Below are positions 27,004-36,878 of a stretch of 64,000 nucleotides of DNA, in pieces. Made by a program: the position numbers and the translations under genes. Origin of the DNA: a virus; IMG/VR virus record IMGVR_UViG_3300045988_096244, one strand, 5' to 3'. Numbering within the stretch: position 1 is the stretch's first letter; each line of letters starts with the position of its first letter. Under the pieces are notes generated by a model. It had not been told where the DNA came from. It made no database searches and saw only the letters and a program-made list of their open reading frames with translations.

Positions 27004-27649
27004 ATATCAAATTATGTTTACAGGTGTTTCCGGAGTAGGGAAAACAACCATTGCAAAGGAAGTATCGGAAATGTTGAAGATACCCTTTATATCTGGTTCA
27101 TACTCTGACCTGGTACCAGAAACAAAAGACATGCCCCACGCTGACATGATTCAGCAGGATGCAAAGACAGTATTCATGCAGGATATGCAGGTACTCAATC
27201 TTCGTAACAAAGCCTTTCGAGGGGAGGATAACTTTGTAACTGACAGGTCATACTTTGACTCTGCAGCATACTTCATCAATAAGTTATCTCATAGGTTGGC
27301 AGAGTGTGACCTGGACCATGCTATAGACTTATGCAAAATGCTACTTGGTCAACAGTGTACTCACTTGATATTCATACCATTCTCCTCAAGCTTTTTCAAG
27401 GACTGGGTAACCGAGGATAACGGGAAACGAGTACTGTCAAAGTACTATCAGTTCCAAGTTTCTCAGGTTATGTATGGATTACTTGACCTGTGGGGGTACA
27501 AGCCAGATTCCAAAGTAATGCAAGTCGTGGATGGAATACCAAGTACTGGTACTCTGGAAATAATGGGTTACAAGGTAAAGGTTCTCATATTAGATGAGAT
27601 GAACTACGAAAAGAGAAAGCATCTAATAAGGAAATTTCTTCAGTTATGA
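26990..27649 (+). CDS. P-loop NTPase, nucleotide-kinase-like
   Basis: An N-terminal Walker A (FTGVSGVGKTTIAKEV) at the very start of a roughly 220-aa protein, as in (d)NMP kinases. Specificity unknown. Confidence 0.4.
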   Translation: MYNGKYQIMFTGVSGVGKTTIAKEVSEMLKIPFISGSYSDLVPETKDMPHADMIQQDAKTVFMQDMQVLNLRNKAFRGEDNFVTDRSYFDSAAYFINKLSHRLAECDLDHAIDLCKMLLGQQCTHLIFIPFSSSFFKDWVTEDNGKRVLSKYYQFQVSQVMYGLLDLWGYKPDSKVMQVVDGIPSTGTLEIMGYKVKVLILDEMNYEKRKHLIRKFLQL

Positions 27650-28962
27650 AGGTAGATAAGGTGGATAATATTAAAGACTTCCCGGGATATTATATTTCTC
27701 GGGAAGGTTTTTTATATAGTAGGTATGATAAGGTAGGCCGTTTAACAGACACTTATAAGAGAAATAAGACATATGTAAGGTCTAACGGTTATGTACAAGT
27801 GGTATTGAAAATACGAAAGGAGAATAGATTACGTAGAGTATATATACATAGGTTAGTAGCTGAAACTTATATCCCTAATCCATATAATAATCCCTGTGTA
27901 GGACATAGGGATAATAATAGAGAGAATAACTCTGTAGAGAACCTATATTGGTGTACTCATAAGGAGAATACTCAACAGTGTATAGATGACGGTCGTATGA
28001 ACTTTAGGCCTAAACTACAATTCTTATTATTTTCAGACTTACACATATCAGACTATAAGAAGTTTCCAAGTAGAGAGCATAGTGGATTTAGAGTATTGGA
28101 TATTATATCTCAACGATGTGAAAAGCTTGGAGTACCCGCAGTACATGTGGGTGATTTGATACATAGACCTGAGGTTATAAGCAATGAGTTATTGTACAGG
28201 TTAATAAAAGAGTTTAATCAATTATCTCATCGTAAGTGGAAATTATATTCTATATCGGGTAATCATTGTATAAGTACTCGTAGTGAAATAGGCCATAAAC
28301 CAATTTCATGGGATAGAACTTTATCTATGATATACCCATGGTTTAAGTGTATAGATTACAAAAGAGTTCATGTAGATAAATGTTATATATATGGAATACC
28401 TTATATAGACCATAATATAGGTTTATCTAAATACATATCAGAACTAAAGCTTACTGGCAGTAAAAGAAGTAAACACATACTCCTATTACATACTGACTAT
28501 CCTGGGGCAAAGGATACGGACGGTACAGTAGTAAACAGTGTAGAGAACCTGAATATAAATTCTATATCAAAGTTTGACTTAACTCTTTGTGGGCATATAC
28601 ACAAACCCCAGAGGTTAGGTAAGAAGGTGTATATGGTAGGTTCACCATATCAACAACGTAGAACTGATAAGAATTGTGAATTGGGCTACTGGGAAGTATA
28701 CTCAGATATGTCACTTAAATTTATACCGTTAAATGATTTTCCTAAATTTGTGGATGTATCATCAGAGGATGAAATTAAAGATGACGGCAATTATTATACT
28801 GTTGTTGCTAGCAAGTCTCGGGTTGTGGCGGTGGAAGATACCCCGCAAATAACTCGGGAACTTACTAAGAAATCCATGGTACGCAGATATATGAAAGCCA
28901 AAGGCATAAAAGACAAAGAAAAGAAGGCCACATTATTAAAGGTAATAAAGGAGGCAGAATGA
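27646..28962 (+). CDS. sbcD: SbcD/Mre11 nuclease with an in-frame N-terminal truncated HNH_3 endonuclease module (paralog 3)
   Basis: aa 1-117 carry HRLVAETYIPNPYNNPCVGHRDNNRENNSVENLYWCTHKEN. From the internal ATG 27997 (MNFRPKLQFLLFSDLHISD) the calcineurin-like motifs follow: DLH, HVGDLIH, SGNHC, LLLHTD, CGHIHKP. Confidence 0.7.
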   Translation: MKVDKVDNIKDFPGYYISREGFLYSRYDKVGRLTDTYKRNKTYVRSNGYVQVVLKIRKENRLRRVYIHRLVAETYIPNPYNNPCVGHRDNNRENNSVENLYWCTHKENTQQCIDDGRMNFRPKLQFLLFSDLHISDYKKFPSREHSGFRVLDIISQRCEKLGVPAVHVGDLIHRPEVISNELLYRLIKEFNQLSHRKWKLYSISGNHCISTRSEIGHKPISWDRTLSMIYPWFKCIDYKRVHVDKCYIYGIPYIDHNIGLSKYISELKLTGSKRSKHILLLHTDYPGAKDTDGTVVNSVENLNINSISKFDLTLCGHIHKPQRLGKKVYMVGSPYQQRRTDKNCELGYWEVYSDMSLKFIPLNDFPKFVDVSSEDEIKDDGNYYTVVASKSRVVAVEDTPQITRELTKKSMVRRYMKAKGIKDKEKKATLLKVIKEAE

Positions 28963-30674
28963 TACAGTTCGGAAATATAATCATAGATGGATTCTGTTCT
29001 ATACCCTACCTGGAATTAAACCTGGGTTCAAAGGGTATAACCGTAATCAGAGGAGCTACCGGGGAAGGTAAGACTACAATCTTATCAGCTCTGGTGTGGG
29101 GTGCTTATGGTAAGAATCTCAAAGGCAAATCTGATGTAAACACTTGGGAGAAATATAGACCTAAGAATTACAATGGTACCAAAGTGGAGATATACTTTGG
29201 TAAAGATGGAAAGACCCATAAGATAACCAGATGCCTTAAGTATAAAGGTGAGGTAAACGGAGCTAAGGGTAAAGACAGACTTATATATGAGATAGATGCT
29301 GTTGAAGTATCTGAAAAGAATAAGGGGGAGATACAGGCGCTTATAAACGCTGATTTGGGTATGTCTTATAGCCTTTTTATGAATTCTATACTATTCGGTC
29401 AAGGTATGAAAAGACTGATACAGGAATCCTCTTCAGACAAGAAAGACTTGTTTGAGGAGATTTTTGAGTTGGAATACATATCCAAGGCAAGAGATATTGC
29501 AAAGGGCTACTATACAGAAGCTTTGAGAGAGTACAATGAAATAAGCCAGAAGTACTCATCAAGCAAAGAAAAGAAGCAATCTATTCAGCGAATGCTTGAT
29601 GACTTGAAGAAGCAGGCCAACCATGTAAAGAATGACCTATCTTCAAGAGTAAAGGTTTTGGAAAAGAAGTTATCGTTGCTAGCTAAGGCCAAAAAAGAGA
29701 ACGAGCTTAGGGAGACAGTAACTTATAAGAACCGTATAGAACAGAGAATTCAGGAAGCCCGGGACAATCAAAAGGAGTTACTCAATAAGATAAATGATGC
29801 CAAGAAGAAGACCAGGGTATCTCTAGAAGAGTTTATTGGTGTAATTATAAAGTTACTAAAGAGAGGTGATATTAAAAACTCTTTGAAACGTCTAATGGAG
29901 GTAAAGAAAGCCTTTGGAGATATAGAAAGGTTACAAGATAAATGTTCTAAACTGGCGGACAAAATCTCCAACTACAGGGATAAGTTGGAAGAGCTTAGGG
30001 ACCAAGAATATGAGGCAAATAAAGTTCAGAGGGATATTGACTTAACTAAGGCCGAGATAAAGAAGCTTTTGTCTGAAAAGAAAGCAGGGGTTAACATGGG
30101 CTTAATCAAGAAATATAAGACCCAGTTATCAACTCTATCTGATAAGCTTCAAGCTATAGAGAGTGAAATGGAGGAGAAGAGGTCTAAAGTAGATAACTAC
30201 AAATGGGTAATGGATGACCCTCTTGGGAATAGGGGTATAAAAGCCTTCTTATTTGAAAGCTCTTTGGATATATTAAATGAGACTTTGGAATCATACTCTG
30301 AGGTACTTGGGTTTAGTATACTGTTCTATGTAGATATCCAGGGTGTAAAGAAGGATTTCAACACCCAGATAATTATGGATGGTATAGAGGTATCTTATGA
30401 AGAGCTATCAGGTGGTCAAAAGCAATTAGTTAACTTAGCTATGGCATTTGCTATGAACGAAGTTATGACTAAGGCTAAAGGGATTAACATTGCTTTCTTG
30501 GATGAGGTATTCGAGAACCTTAGTTCAGAGTATGTAGACCTCGTAATAGGCCTTATCAGGAAAATATACAAGGATAAAACCCTATACCTTATATCACACC
30601 AGGAATCACTCCCAATACCCAATGCCAGGGTGCTTACTGTGACCAGAGAAAGGGGCCTTTCACAATACCACTAA
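28959..30674 (+). CDS. sbcC: SbcC/Rad50-like ATPase
   Basis: Walker A RGATGEGKTT, a long coiled-coil middle, signature LSGGQKQLVNLAMAFA and Walker B IAFLDEVF. Confidence 0.75.
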   Translation: MIQFGNIIIDGFCSIPYLELNLGSKGITVIRGATGEGKTTILSALVWGAYGKNLKGKSDVNTWEKYRPKNYNGTKVEIYFGKDGKTHKITRCLKYKGEVNGAKGKDRLIYEIDAVEVSEKNKGEIQALINADLGMSYSLFMNSILFGQGMKRLIQESSSDKKDLFEEIFELEYISKARDIAKGYYTEALREYNEISQKYSSSKEKKQSIQRMLDDLKKQANHVKNDLSSRVKVLEKKLSLLAKAKKENELRETVTYKNRIEQRIQEARDNQKELLNKINDAKKKTRVSLEEFIGVIIKLLKRGDIKNSLKRLMEVKKAFGDIERLQDKCSKLADKISNYRDKLEELRDQEYEANKVQRDIDLTKAEIKKLLSEKKAGVNMGLIKKYKTQLSTLSDKLQAIESEMEEKRSKVDNYKWVMDDPLGNRGIKAFLFESSLDILNETLESYSEVLGFSILFYVDIQGVKKDFNTQIIMDGIEVSYEELSGGQKQLVNLAMAFAMNEVMTKAKGINIAFLDEVFENLSSEYVDLVIGLIRKIYKDKTLYLISHQESLPIPNARVLTVTRERGLSQYH

Positions 30675-30704
30675 TGACTATTGGTATTAAACACTATCAA
30701 AACC

Positions 30705-31232
30705 ATGAGAAAGAACAGTAGAAACAAAGGGAGCAGGTTCGAGCGTACCATAGCAAAGGCCTGGGAATCCTGGACAGGATATAAATTCTCTAGAACCCCT
30801 GGCTCAGGAGGATGGGCAAAGGCAAAAGATGCTATGGGAGACTTGGTATGCACCGACGAAAAACACTCGAGAAGATTCCCTTTCAGTATAGAATGTAAGA
30901 ACTATCAAGAGATTAAATTCGAACATATACTCTTAGGCCTTAGAAGTTGTAAAATAATTTCTTTCTGGGAACAGGCCACAAAAGATGCCAAACGATGTGG
31001 AAAAATACCCGTATTGATTATGAGGTATAATTCTATGCCAAAGGGGGAGGCCTTCTTTATTATAGAAGGAAATGGAGCACTGGATTTATTCATGTTAAAC
31101 AGTTGTTCAGAACTATCACGGATGGAAATCAAAACCCAAAAGGTACACTTATCCGTATACATGTTCAAAGAAGTACAAAGGTTGTTAAACTATATGGACA
31201 TATTCAAGTATGTCCGGAAATTAAATAAGTAA
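30705..31232 (+). CDS. PD-(D/E)XK nuclease, Holliday-junction-resolvase-like
   Basis: Start moved to ATG 30705. By eye, GSRFERTIAK...GDLVC...FSIECKN gives a D...E.K catalytic pattern. Confidence 0.45.
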   Translation: MRKNSRNKGSRFERTIAKAWESWTGYKFSRTPGSGGWAKAKDAMGDLVCTDEKHSRRFPFSIECKNYQEIKFEHILLGLRSCKIISFWEQATKDAKRCGKIPVLIMRYNSMPKGEAFFIIEGNGALDLFMLNSCSELSRMEIKTQKVHLSVYMFKEVQRLLNYMDIFKYVRKLNK

Positions 31233-31233
31233 T

Positions 31234-31944
31234 ATGAAGACCCCCTACGTATACTGTATTTTTAGGCTTGATAGGAAGTTCTACAAAAGAATCAACTCTG
31301 ATTTGAAAAGTAGGGGGTATAAACATGTGAAAGCAATAATCCCTACTATCAGCGTATTAAAGAAATCTCGAAAGGGTAATAATGAGTACGATGATGTACC
31401 ATTATTGTTCAACTACGGATTCATACGAATGAAGCCTGAGAAAGCTTTTGATAGATACTACTTAAACAAACTAAAGAAAGACATACCAGGCATAATGTCT
31501 TTCATGAAATCCCTTGACTATCGTCCGAAAAGAAAGAGGCTGAGGGTGGATAATGCCGAGGACTTTGATGATTACTCAGTAGTAGCTACCATAACTAAGG
31601 AAGAGGTAAAGAAATACAGAAGAATGTCTAAAGCCAATAAGATATTCTCTGCAGATGATATTACCCGGGTAGCTATTGGGGATTACGTAGTACTTAGAGG
31701 ATATCCGTTTGAGGGAATACCTGCAATCTTATTGGAGAACAACTTGTCTACTAAGATGATGTTGGTAAAGTTATATCCAGAAATGGACGGCAGTTTGGAA
31801 ATAGAGGTACCTCGAGAAAATGTACTCTACTCTGCCTATCATGAATCAGACGAGTATAAGATGTATTCGGCAGACTATGAAGTAGACTTATCTCAGATTC
31901 CAGACGGTAGTACTGAAGATATTCTAATGAACAAACAATACTAA
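31234..31944 (+). CDS. NusG/UpxY-like transcription elongation/antitermination factor
   Basis: NGN-like N-terminus (VYCIFRLDRKFYKRINSDLKSRGYKHVKAIIPT...PLLFNYGFIRM) and a KOW-like segment (IGDYVVLRGYPFEGIPAILLE). Confidence 0.45.
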   Translation: MKTPYVYCIFRLDRKFYKRINSDLKSRGYKHVKAIIPTISVLKKSRKGNNEYDDVPLLFNYGFIRMKPEKAFDRYYLNKLKKDIPGIMSFMKSLDYRPKRKRLRVDNAEDFDDYSVVATITKEEVKKYRRMSKANKIFSADDITRVAIGDYVVLRGYPFEGIPAILLENNLSTKMMLVKLYPEMDGSLEIEVPRENVLYSAYHESDEYKMYSADYEVDLSQIPDGSTEDILMNKQY

Positions 31945-31946
31945 AT

Positions 31947-32876
31947 ATGGAACGACATCAAGAATTGGCTTGGGACTGTTTGACCGAGCCCGAGAAGAAT
32001 AGCCTGATGTTTATTCAGGGCAGAGGACTATCAACTTGGGAAGCTGGAGAAATTCTCAAGATGTCTCATTACAAATATCTGGAACTAAAGGCCAGGGCAG
32101 AAAAATTCTTCAAACTATTCTCTGACTACTTTGAACTTCATCCATCATTAGTAAATCCCCAATCTCCAATAGAACCAAGGTTCAGGGACTACCTATTTGG
32201 AGCTATGGTTAAAAGGCTACCAAAGGAGGAAGCAAAGATACATTCAGGAGATTCATCTTGGTTGTTAACTTCTATAACAAACCCAAGAATCATAAAGAAT
32301 ATGAAAAGGCTGAAAGAATCAGAGAATAAGTGGGATAAAGACCTCTATGCTCTGATTCTTGAGTTTGATAGATGGAACAACTATCGAATAATGCCTCGTG
32401 TATTACAAGCTCCTACAGCATATAAGAGAAGGTCAACTAAGAAGGATAAGGTATACTTATCTTACCTTCATCGAATACCTGACTTTAAGATAAGGCAATT
32501 GATTACTGAGTATTGGAAGAACGGTCCTTCCGGTAGGAGGTATTTCACAGCTATAGTATCAGATGAACTTTTCCCAGAAGAGGGTTATGGGGTGATGCCA
32601 ATTAAGAGAGAGGATGATGTTATTAAGGCTGTTACTGATTTAAGGATGTATATATTCGAGAGTCAGCCTATTGCCGATACCTTTGGATTTTTGGTTACAA
32701 GGTACTTTGAAAAAACGGTGGATAGTAAAGGGGGCTTGAAGTTCTGGAAGGAGTACAGGGAGGTTATCCAGAAAGCTATTAACTACAAATCAATAAATAA
32801 CATGGATTTTACTTGTGAGACTCTGGATACTGCCTATAAATTACGCCGGAAAAGAACCACTAAATCTAACTCTTAG
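31947..32876 (+). CDS. hypothetical protein with an N-terminal sigma region-4-like HTH
   Basis: By eye, LTEPEKNSLMFIQGRGLSTWEAGEILKMSHYKYLELKARAEKF resembles a sigma-70 region 4 / LuxR-type HTH. Confidence 0.3.
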   Translation: MERHQELAWDCLTEPEKNSLMFIQGRGLSTWEAGEILKMSHYKYLELKARAEKFFKLFSDYFELHPSLVNPQSPIEPRFRDYLFGAMVKRLPKEEAKIHSGDSSWLLTSITNPRIIKNMKRLKESENKWDKDLYALILEFDRWNNYRIMPRVLQAPTAYKRRSTKKDKVYLSYLHRIPDFKIRQLITEYWKNGPSGRRYFTAIVSDELFPEEGYGVMPIKREDDVIKAVTDLRMYIFESQPIADTFGFLVTRYFEKTVDSKGGLKFWKEYREVIQKAINYKSINNMDFTCETLDTAYKLRRKRTTKSNS

Positions 32877-32893
32877 AATTTTAATGCAAATAT

Positions 32894-32924
32894 TTTGCAA
32901 CTTCGAGAAATTTGATTATATTTA
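32894..32924 (+). promoter_or_regulatory. Bacteroidota-type promoter (TTTG -33, variant -7 TAtaTTTA)
   Basis: TTTG at 32894-32897, a 19-nt spacer, then tatatttacataacgaaa at 32917 onward. It shares the extended box with the other early promoters. Confidence 0.5.
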
Positions 32925-32964
32925 CATAACGAAATAAGAAAATAAATTTTATACTTATATAAAT

Positions 32965-33531
32965 ATGCGCAAAAGTAAGAAAAAGGACAAAAGACCGTTA
33001 AAGCTTAACAAGGAAAAGCTTAAGGTCATGGGAAGTGGGTTAGAAAATATGACCTACAAGGACATGAAAAGAAGAGCAGTTGCTCTCGGCATGCCTTTCC
33101 CAGATGCTTGTTCAGCAGATTACAATGGACTGGCATCATGGATTCACCACTCAGAAAATAAGCCGGATAACTCCCTTATTGATGAGTATGATAAGTGGAT
33201 GGACCAGCAACTAGAACTTACGGGTTATGCAAAGGACGATCCGATGAGAAACTATCAACTCAATCTAGGGTTCATTGGAGAAGATGCAGTAACCAAGCAA
33301 AAGAAAACTAAGAGGGTGAAAGGGTTGGAGAAACCTAAAAAACCTAAGAAAGAGAAGGATGATAACGGTCTCTGGAAAGGAACCAAGAAATCCTATGTAT
33401 TCGAATTAACCTACAAAGGTTTGTCAATCGACCGTATTACTAGAAGAGTGCAAAAGAAGTTTCCTGATGCCAAGGAGAAATCCATTCAGCAATGGTATCG
33501 GGCAGCATTACGTAAACAAAAGAAAGAGTAG
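32965..33531 (+). CDS. hypothetical basic protein
   Basis: Track ORF with Lys-rich termini. No motif recognised. Confidence 0.45.
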   Translation: MRKSKKKDKRPLKLNKEKLKVMGSGLENMTYKDMKRRAVALGMPFPDACSADYNGLASWIHHSENKPDNSLIDEYDKWMDQQLELTGYAKDDPMRNYQLNLGFIGEDAVTKQKKTKRVKGLEKPKKPKKEKDDNGLWKGTKKSYVFELTYKGLSIDRITRRVQKKFPDAKEKSIQQWYRAALRKQKKE

Positions 33532-33534
33532 GGT

Positions 33535-34362
33535 ATGCCTGTTGTATTTAGATTCAAGGGTCATGATGACTTTGAAGAATCCTGCTATAGATTAGGAATC
33601 CCATGGGTACCTCCTCAAGTTCTTAAGATGAGTCTAAAACTAAAACAGCAATGGCAAAGGAAAGTACTCTGTGGAAAACTAAAGGTTCATAAATATAGGG
33701 AAAGGGATAAACGCTTTCTGGATAGATACCGGGAATGCTTAAAAGAAGCTACCAGGATTAACGGGGTAGTAGACCCTGATTCTTTACCTCCTGATGTTAG
33801 GGCTTATTTCTTGGAAAAGAAAAGAAGGAGAGAGTACTACAATAGGTTCAATAAGGTAGTAAAAGAAATGGACTTAAAGATTTACCTTCACAAATGGTAT
33901 CCATGGTCTTACAACTACAAAGGAGAACCAGCAGTAGTATTACAAGGGTTCTACTCATTAAAGGCAGCCAGAAGAAGGTTTTTAATCTATTATGGACGAG
34001 AGAACTTAAAAGCAGTCCATTGGATAAAAGGTAAAACCGCACTTGAGAAAAAATTTGTTATAGGTAATTCTTTACTTATAGCTGGAAAAAGAAAGAAACC
34101 TATATCAAAGATATTGCTAACCGAAGCCTACAGAAATCGTAAGGAAGCAGCCCAAAGAGAAATCGGTAAGAGGATGGCTCGGAAAAAGAGGCTGGGCTCT
34201 CAACAGAAGGAAAAGTACTTTTTGAACTTGGTAGATAAGTTTAATTATGGAGCAAAAGAATATAGAACTTTACTCAAGCCTGTTCCGGAAAAGCTTGTTA
34301 AGTTATCGAAGGCTAAGGAGATTGAGTCGAAAAGAAAGAAGGCTCTTTACGAAGAAGAGTGA
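33535..34362 (+). CDS. hypothetical basic protein
   Basis: Track ORF, Lys/Arg rich. No motif recognised. Confidence 0.45.
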   Translation: MPVVFRFKGHDDFEESCYRLGIPWVPPQVLKMSLKLKQQWQRKVLCGKLKVHKYRERDKRFLDRYRECLKEATRINGVVDPDSLPPDVRAYFLEKKRRREYYNRFNKVVKEMDLKIYLHKWYPWSYNYKGEPAVVLQGFYSLKAARRRFLIYYGRENLKAVHWIKGKTALEKKFVIGNSLLIAGKRKKPISKILLTEAYRNRKEAAQREIGKRMARKKRLGSQQKEKYFLNLVDKFNYGAKEYRTLLKPVPEKLVKLSKAKEIESKRKKALYEEE

Positions 34363-34792
34363 TTTAACCTGGGCTCAAATTAAAGTAGCCCTTGCATATA
34401 AAGCCATAACTAAACGTTCTGCTATCAGTTCTATCAGGTGGACTAAAAGACATTGGGATGAATATCAAAAGGCAGTACTACATAGGTTAGGTGGAATGCC
34501 TTTGGTAAGAAGAAGGTTAAATGAGAAGTATATTCTCAAAGAACTATTATCACAGGGTTTTGTTCTCAGGTCAGAGTTCCCTATGAAAATGAAATCTGGA
34601 TGGTATGCTTACTTGGTAACTAACCAAACGGTATGTGGAGAACACTATATTTATCCTGAACACTTTGCTCATGATTATAGGGCAGGTAGAAAGGGTTACA
34701 GGGATATCCATACTGCTCTGAACTCTGGAATAGGACAAGAAGGATATACGAGAATCTATTATACTGCATATAAAAACGGAATAGCGAAATGA
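34247..34792 (+). CDS. hypothetical protein (start uncertain)
   Basis: The only ATG, at 34247, gives a 116-nt overlap with the upstream gene. An in-frame TTG at 34322 is an alternative start. Confidence 0.35.
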   Translation: MEQKNIELYSSLFRKSLLSYRRLRRLSRKERRLFTKKSDLTWAQIKVALAYKAITKRSAISSIRWTKRHWDEYQKAVLHRLGGMPLVRRRLNEKYILKELLSQGFVLRSEFPMKMKSGWYAYLVTNQTVCGEHYIYPEHFAHDYRAGRKGYRDIHTALNSGIGQEGYTRIYYTAYKNGIAK

Positions 34793-35049
34793 CAGTAGTA
34801 AATAAAAGGGAGCCAGAAAATCCCTGGGATGGTATAAAACTCATAGTGGGTATAAAAAAATACTATACCGAAACAGGTAATGCAATAGACGATACCTTCA
34901 CCATAGAAGGTGAACCTTTCGAAGTAAAAGACCAAAACGAATTTACTCAGAAAGTAGAAGCTATCAGGGATAAAAACGTATTCTTGAAAGCAATGGCGGT
35001 CCAAGAAAACAAGGAGATATATACTCAAAAGTTTATCACGAAACTATAA
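34789..35049 (+). CDS. hypothetical protein
   Basis: Track ORF with a 4-nt overlap (ATGA) on the upstream gene. Confidence 0.4.
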   Translation: MTVVNKREPENPWDGIKLIVGIKKYYTETGNAIDDTFTIEGEPFEVKDQNEFTQKVEAIRDKNVFLKAMAVQENKEIYTQKFITKL

Positions 35050-35091
35050 TCAATCAAACATTTTTCAAACAACCTTTTAATTCATTAAATT

Positions 35092-35592
35092 ATGGCAAAG
35101 AAAAAAGCTGCAGTAAAAGAGGTAGAACGCAAGGTTCTCTCTAACGGGGTTATCCTCATCAAATACGATGACGGTTCCTATGCACTCCTGACTCCCATTT
35201 CGGCAGATGATGCCGAGGATATCTTCGGTGGGGAAGCCGAGGATTCGGAGGACGAAGATGACGACGAGGATGAAGATGAGTCGGATGACGAAGATTCCGA
35301 TGAAGATGAAGACGAGGAGGATTCCGATGACGAAAGCGACGAGGACGGAGATGAGGAAGACGACGAGGATGAGGATGAAGAGGATGACGAGGTAACCCCT
35401 GAGGACCTGGCCGGCATGGACTTCGAAGCTCTAGAGGACCTCTGCGACGACAAAGAACTCGAAACTGACCCCGACGAATTCGACGAGGAGGACGTGGAGA
35501 AACTCCGCAAGGCGATTGCCAAGGAGCTGGGCATCACTCTGCCCAAGGCAAAGGCCGATTCCAAGAAGGACACCAAGAAAAAGAAAAAGTAA
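35092..35592 (+). CDS. extremely acidic low-complexity protein (about 53-residue D/E/S tract)
   Basis: Basic termini (MAKKKAAVKE..., ...KKDTKKKKK) flank an uninterrupted Asp/Glu/Ser tract (nt 35233-35391). It uses GC-rich codons, unlike most of the window. Confidence 0.55.
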   Translation: MAKKKAAVKEVERKVLSNGVILIKYDDGSYALLTPISADDAEDIFGGEAEDSEDEDDDEDEDESDDEDSDEDEDEEDSDDESDEDGDEEDDEDEDEEDDEVTPEDLAGMDFEALEDLCDDKELETDPDEFDEEDVEKLRKAIAKELGITLPKAKADSKKDTKKKKK

Positions 35593-35726
35593 GGGTCCTT
35601 CCGACTATAACAATTCCCGAGGGCTGCTATACTCTTAATTAGCTGAAGATAATACCTGGTAAAGATGGCATCAAGTTCATTCAGGTCAGCCCTCTTTTTA
35701 ATCAAAAACCTTAATCAATAAAAGAT

Positions 35727-36158
35727 ATGGCAACCAAGAAGAAAGACCAAGCAGCTGAGGCAAAGGATGCAGCAAAAGCAGAAACGAAAAAAGGCGGTAA
35801 GAAAGAACTGACCGCAGAAGAGAAGAAGGCCAAACGAGAGGCCATGAAGGAGCGACTCAAGAACCGGGCACCTGGTCAGCGACCCAACAGCAAACAGTGC
35901 GATATCATCGACCTGGGCGGTGGCAACGTTGCAAAGACCTTCGCCATGAACGTACGGAAGTACGGCGTTCTCATCACCTCAGTGGTTACCGACAAGGACG
36001 GCAAGGTGATTGCTGTCTCGAATGCAACCATCCCCGGAGTATCCGTCAAGTCCAAGAAGGAGCACGGCACGCTGGTCCCGAAGATGCCCGGCATGGGTAA
36101 GAAAGGGAAGGCAGCCGAGGCAGAGGATGATGAAGATGACGAAGACGATGAGGAATAG
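35727..36158 (+). CDS. charge-polarised protein (Lys-rich N-terminus, poly-acidic C-terminus)
   Basis: MATKKKDQAAEAKDAAKAETKKGGKK... ends in ...AEAEDDEDDEDDEE. Codon usage is GC-rich. Confidence 0.5.
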   Translation: MATKKKDQAAEAKDAAKAETKKGGKKELTAEEKKAKREAMKERLKNRAPGQRPNSKQCDIIDLGGGNVAKTFAMNVRKYGVLITSVVTDKDGKVIAVSNATIPGVSVKSKKEHGTLVPKMPGMGKKGKAAEAEDDEDDEDDEE

Positions 36159-36206
36159 GCACACGACGCAGCCTAACCAATTCGGACATAGTTTTTGAGT
36201 CATACA

Positions 36207-36241
36207 GGGGAGGTCATCCAAATTAAAGGGTGGACCTCCCC
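36207..36241 (+). terminator. hairpin, possible terminator
   Basis: ggggaggtc (36207-36215) pairs with gacctcccc (36233-36241). The downstream T-run is weak. Confidence 0.4.
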
Positions 36242-36256
36242 ACTTTGTATAGGTAT

Positions 36257-36475
36257 ATGCAAGAAGACGATGAAATTATATACCTGGCATTATGTAATCA
36301 ATTGCAATCATATCAGCTATTGCTAGAGGAAGAAAAAGACCTCACCGAAGAAAATAGACTGATGGCTGAGTATATTATCTCTAGAACTGAGCAATTGATT
36401 GAAATATATGCCCAGAAAATAGGAAGTGACACCTTTATTCAAAGACCCCAATGGGACAATTTAACTCCTCCGTAA
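36257..36475 (+). CDS. hypothetical protein
   Basis: Track ORF 36230.. trimmed to ATG 36257 (MQEDDEIIYL...), because the GTG start lies inside the hairpin. Confidence 0.4.
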   Translation: MQEDDEIIYLALCNQLQSYQLLLEEEKDLTEENRLMAEYIISRTEQLIEIYAQKIGSDTFIQRPQWDNLTPP

Positions 36476-36831
36476 AAGGGTTGATATATCGGATTAAGGA
36501 TATGACCCGATTGATTCAGGACATTGATGCTCAACTATCAGTGCCAGGATTATCCCCCGGAAAAAGGCAATCTTTAATCAAAGATAAGACCCTGAAATTA
36601 GGTAAGGTCAAGGCATTAGTCAAAAGGGTAGAAGACCTGGCTAATGGAAATATCTTAACCATAACCTTTGAAAACAAAGGCACTGGGGAAAGATATAGGA
36701 TTATATACACCAACATCTCTCAGGATGATGCCATTGCCCATCTGAAATTGATGGCATATCTTCGGGGGATAGAAATAATCATCTCAGAGATAAAGGAAGT
36801 GCAGACCAAAAACTCCATGACCAAACTATAA
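36451..36831 (+). CDS. hypothetical protein
   Basis: Track ORF with a 25-nt overlap on the upstream gene. Confidence 0.4.
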   Translation: MGQFNSSVKGLIYRIKDMTRLIQDIDAQLSVPGLSPGKRQSLIKDKTLKLGKVKALVKRVEDLANGNILTITFENKGTGERYRIIYTNISQDDAIAHLKLMAYLRGIEIIISEIKEVQTKNSMTKL

Positions 36832-36878
36832 ACATGCAAAGGTAATTCAAACTCATTTTTTTAATCAACTCAACAACA

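Noticed and set aside
33535-34792. Programmed frameshift joining 33535..34362 to the overlapping +1-frame ORF 34247..34792
   Set aside because: No slippery or CCC-C type site exists in the 116-nt overlap, and the upstream protein has a natural-looking C-terminus. An alternative TTG start (34322) or a simple overlap is more likely.
35178-35705. A long minus-strand ORF (175 aa, poly-Ser) and several other ORFs (35207..35395, 35876..36221, 36870..37497) overlapping the charged-protein genes
   Set aside because: They are mirror images or alternate frames of GA-rich low-complexity coding sequence (GAn/GAG repeats read as Ser/Leu runs). They have no independent start context and are embedded in better plus-strand genes.
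35593-35726. Long-range pairing gagggctg / cagccctc (about 35619 / 35686) followed by a T-run, as a possible structured RNA or riboswitch
   Set aside because: The 8-bp stem encloses about 60 nt with no convincing internal structure or conservation evidence. It is most simply a weak terminator for the acidic-protein gene.
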